A stretch of 64,000 nt of DNA from an uncultured delta proteobacterium. Its GTDB lineage: Bacteria; Myxococcota_A; Polyangia; Polyangiales; CAWHLB01. The notes under the pieces are model-generated. The model did no database searches. It saw only the letters and a list, made by a program, of their open reading frames with translations, and was not told where the DNA came from. Each line of letters begins with the position of its first letter. Position 1 is the first letter of the stretch. Positions 61,677 through 64,000 of the stretch are shown in pieces. The stretch is taken from positions 129,178-193,177 of the forward strand of contig CAWHLB010000015.1 of NCBI GenBank assembly GCA_963830115.1, given 5' to 3'. Made by a program: the position numbers and the translations under genes.

Positions 61677-64000
61677 GCGACGGGATCGAGAGTGCACGTG
61701 CCGCATCGGGGCGCGTGCCGCCCATCGCCGTCGTGGGCGTGGGTGCCCACTTCCCGGGGTCGACCGACGTGCTCGGCTTCTGGCGCGACATCCTGGAGGG
61801 CCGCGACCGGCTGACGGAGGTGCCGCGGACCCATTGGCTGTCGTCCGACTACTTCGATGCGACGCCGGGCACGCCCGACAAGGTGTACGCGACGCGGGGC
61901 GGCTTCCTCCCGTCCGTGCCCTTCTCGCCGGTGGACTTCGGCATGCCACCGAACACGCTCCCCGCGACCGACTCGGCCCAGCTCCTCGCCCTCCGCGTCG
62001 CCAAGCGCCTCCTCGAAGATGCGACGCGCGGTCGCTTCGCGTCGGTGGACCGGAGCCGCATGAGTGTCGTTCTCGGCGTGGCCTCGGCCACCGAGCTCGT
62101 GGGCCACATGGCGGGCCGCCTGCAGCTGCCCGTGTGGAAGCGCGCGCTACGGGAGGCCGGGCTCGCGGACGGAGAAGTCGAGCGGGTCAGTCAGATCCTG
62201 GCGGCCTGCTACACGCCCTGGCAGGAGAGCACGTTCCCCGGGCTCCTCGGCAACGTGGTCGCCGGTCGCGATCGCCAACCGGCTGGACCTCGGGGGAACC
62301 AACGCCGTCGTCGACGCGGCGTGCGCCAGCTCGCTCGCGGCCATCGACATCGCCATGAACGAGCTCGCCCTCGATCGGGCGGACCTGGTGGTCACGGGCG
62401 GCGTCGATGCGTTGAACGACATCTTGATGTTCATGTGCTTCGCCCAGACCGGCGCCCTCTCGAAGAGCGGCGATTGCCGCCCCTTCTCGGACGAGGCCGA
62501 CGGCACCATGCTCGGCGAGGGCGTCGGCATGCTCGCCCTCAAGCGGCTCAGAGACGCCGAGCGCGACGGCGATCCCGTCTATGCGGTGCTGCGCGGGATG
62601 GGCACCTCCTCCGACGGACGCGCGAGCAGCATCTACGCGCCTCTGCCCCGAGGTCAGGCCGCCGCCCTGCGCCGCGCCTACGAGCGCGCCGGCTATGGCC
62701 CGGCGACGATCGAGCTGCTCGAGGCCCACGGCACGGCAACGCCTGTCGGCGACGCGGCGGAATTCGAGTCGACGCGAACCGTCTTCGAGGAGGACGGCGC
62801 GCCGCGGCGACGCTGCGCGCTCGGCTCGGTCAAGTCGCAGATCGGCCACACCAAGGCGGCGGCAGGCGCGGCGGGCGCTGATCAAGACCGTGATGGCGCT
62901 CCATCACCGCACGCTTCCACCGACGATCAAGGTCCGGGCACCGAACCCCGCCCTGCGCATCGAGGAGAGCCCCTTCTACCTCAACACGGAAGCGCGCCCG
63001 TGGATCGCACCCCCCGACCGTCCGCGCCGCGCCGGGGTCAGCGCCTTCGGCTTCGGCGGCACCAACTTCCACCTCACGCTCGAAGAGTACCGCGGCACGG
63101 GCCCGCGCCCGCCGCGCCTGCGGACCCTGCCCTCCGAGCTCTTGCTCTTCGGGGGCGCCGATGCGGGCGACCTGGCCGCCCAGTGCCGCGAGGCCGTGGA
63201 CCTGGTCGGAGCGCCGGGCGCCATCGCGCACCTCGCCCGGCGGACCGCAGCGCGAGCTCGACGCGACCGCCGCCCGCGCGCCTCGCGATTGTCACCGACG
63301 ACGACGCGGCGCGGGACAAGCTCGCCCAGGCGACGGCGGCCCTCGAGGCGACCACCTCGTCCCACTTCTCCTTGCCGCAGGGTATCCACTTCGGCAGCGG
63401 ACCGGCCGCCGGCGGGGTCGCGTTCCTGCTCCCGGGTCAGGGCAGCCAGTACACGGGCATGGGGCGCGACCTGGGGCTCCACTTCGACGCGGCGCGCGCG
63501 GTGTGGGATCGCGCCGCCGCCCTCGACTTCGGCGATGGCTTGCACCGGCGAGTCTTTCCGCCGCCGCCCTTCGGGCGAGAGGAGCGCGAGGAGGCGGAGC
63601 GACGTCTGCGCGCGACCGAATGGGCCCAGCCCGGCATCACCGCCATGAGCCTCGGCATGCTGGCGCTGCTCCGATTGGTGGGCCTCGCGCCCATGTGTGT
63701 TGGAGGTCATAGTCTCGGCGAGCTCACGGCGCTCTTCGCGGCGGGCGTGCTCGATGAGCGGGGCGCCGTGGGGGTGGCGCGCCGGCGCGGCGAGCTGATG
63801 GCGAAGGCCAGCGAGGTCCCTGGCGCCATGACGGCGGTGTTCGCGGACGTGGACACGCTGCGCGCGCTCCTGTCTTCGTGGAAGAGCGACGTCGTCGTGG
63901 CGAACCACAACGCGCCCGGGCAGGCTGTGCTCTCGGGCGCGGTCGCCGCCATCGAAGAGGTCGAGCGCCGCCTCGCCGGGGAGGCGATCACGACGCGGCG
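61673..64000 (+). CDS. pfaA: Iterative type I PUFA synthase, KS-MAT region (PfaA / myxobacterial Pfa2); 3'-partial, frameshifts near 62268, 62876, 63246, 63277
   Basis: PIAVVG, FPGLLGNVVAGR-IANRLD, DAACASSL, EAHGTAT, KSQIGHTKAAAG, SAFGFGGTNFH; AT LPGQGSQY, GHSLGEL, ANHNAP; ATGA overlap with pfaD. Confidence 0.92.

Noticed and set aside
952-63300. Widespread pseudogenisation or programmed frameshifting
   Set aside because: Catalytic motifs are intact on both sides of the breaks, which fall largely at GATC-like sites or homopolymers; sequencing error is simpler.
1-64000. CRISPR array, rRNA, tRNA, IS element or integrase
   Set aside because: No repeat-spacer series, no cloverleaf or rRNA signature and no transposase or integrase motif recognised by eye; a covariance-model scan was not possible.

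Overview
GC-rich bacterial DNA with myxobacterial (Polyangiales-like) gene content: Cys-rich lipoproteins, a eukaryote-like Ser/Thr kinase, ECF sigma cassettes and the pfa1-pfa2 gene order. About 43 protein genes or fragments; no rRNA, tRNA, CRISPR array or transposase recognised. Two lipid/natural-product loci stand out. (1) 3.2-21.6 kb: a ThiF-nitroreductase di-domain gene (OxzB-like oxazolone synthetase) flanked by two FeeM-type N-acyl amino acid synthases, next to an RND/MFP/TolC pump, with a FeeG/PCMH-family flavo-oxidase and a methyltransferase nearby. (2) 51.7-64 kb, the best candidate for an undescribed system: an operon of FAAL-ACP-condensation enzyme + btaA + btaB + alpha/beta hydrolase, a three-domain HxD-dioxygenase-like/PEMT/Mpo1-like membrane protein, and the start of a PUFA synthase (pfaD, pfaA). 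Between them are two ECF sigma/anti-sigma/beta-barrel/lipoprotein cassettes, an alpha-2-macroglobulin-pbpC operon with a consensus sigma54 promoter, a large Zn-metalloprotease lipoprotein and several gene fragments. About a dozen genes are frame-broken; many breaks, one in-frame TAG and an apparent MFP-RND fusion are repaired by restoring a GATC, which points to base-calling errors at modified GATC sites rather than pseudogenisation. All family assignments are by motif recognition only; no database search was run.
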